Source: Plasmodiophora brassicae
Lineage: Eukaryota
Assembly: GCA_036867785.1 (NCBI GenBank)
Contig: CP145413.1
Coordinates: forward strand, 1,488,001-1,544,657
DNA: 56,657 nt
Reading direction: 5' to 3'
Both the position numbers and the translations under genes were made by a program. Shown one piece after another: positions 56,385-56,657 of the stretch. Positions within the stretch are counted from its first letter, which is position 1. Every line of letters begins with the position of its first letter. The notes under the pieces were generated by a model, which saw only the letters and a program-made list of their open reading frames with translations, was not told the DNA's origin and did no database searches.

Positions 56385-56657
56385 TTAGGGCTTAGGGTTT
56401 TTAGGGTTAGGGTTTTAGGGTTTTTTTAGGGCTTAGGGTTTTTTTAGGGTTTTTTAGGGCTTAGGGTTTTTTAGGGTTTTTTAGGGTTTTAGGGTTTTAG
56501 GGTTTTAGGGTTTTAGGGTTTTAGGGTTTTAGGGTTTTAGGGTTTTAGGGTTTTAGGGTTTTAGGGTTTTAGGGTTTTAGGGTTTTAGGGTTTTAGGGTT
56601 TTAGGGTTTTAGGGTTTTAGGGTTTTAGGGTTTTAGGGTTTTAGGGTTTTAGGGTTT
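56385..56657 (+). repeat. Telomere (TTTTAGGG)n with proximal variant repeats
   Basis: Variant T2-7AGGG and CTTAGGG units to about 56486, then regular TTTTAGGG to the end of the window. Confidence 0.98.

Noticed and set aside
1-56657. CRISPR arrays, tRNA or rRNA genes
   Set aside because: None recognised. The sequence is eukaryotic and shows no repeat-spacer periodicity.

Overview
This window is the right-hand end of a chromosome from a GC-rich, intron-rich eukaryote. It ends in TTTTAGGG telomeric repeats; that repeat, the short introns and the GC content fit a phytomyxid such as Plasmodiophora brassicae (inference). 0.2-10.4 kb is a run of seven glycan synthesis or modification genes. 10.5-17.3 kb is a nested TE island: a hAT remnant, a MITE, an intact chromodomain Ty3/gypsy element with apparently identical LTRs, and a gag fragment. 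17.3-39.4 kb holds ordinary spliced housekeeping genes. 39.7-56.7 kb is a layered subtelomere of modules, mostly 5'-truncated, whose main ORFs all point away from the tip and which meet at telomere-repeat junctions (43099, 45756, 55176, 56385). In order these are: a decayed copy of an unknown large-ORF/ubiquitin-specific-protease unit, a non-LTR retrotransposon whose 3' end joins a telomeric repeat with no poly(A), a more intact 9.4-kb copy of the large-ORF/USP unit, and an endonuclease-less Penelope-like RT. The Penelope-like element has a type I hammerhead ribozyme overlapping its stop codon and is capped directly by the telomere. All calls come from reading the sequence by eye, and exon boundaries are approximate.
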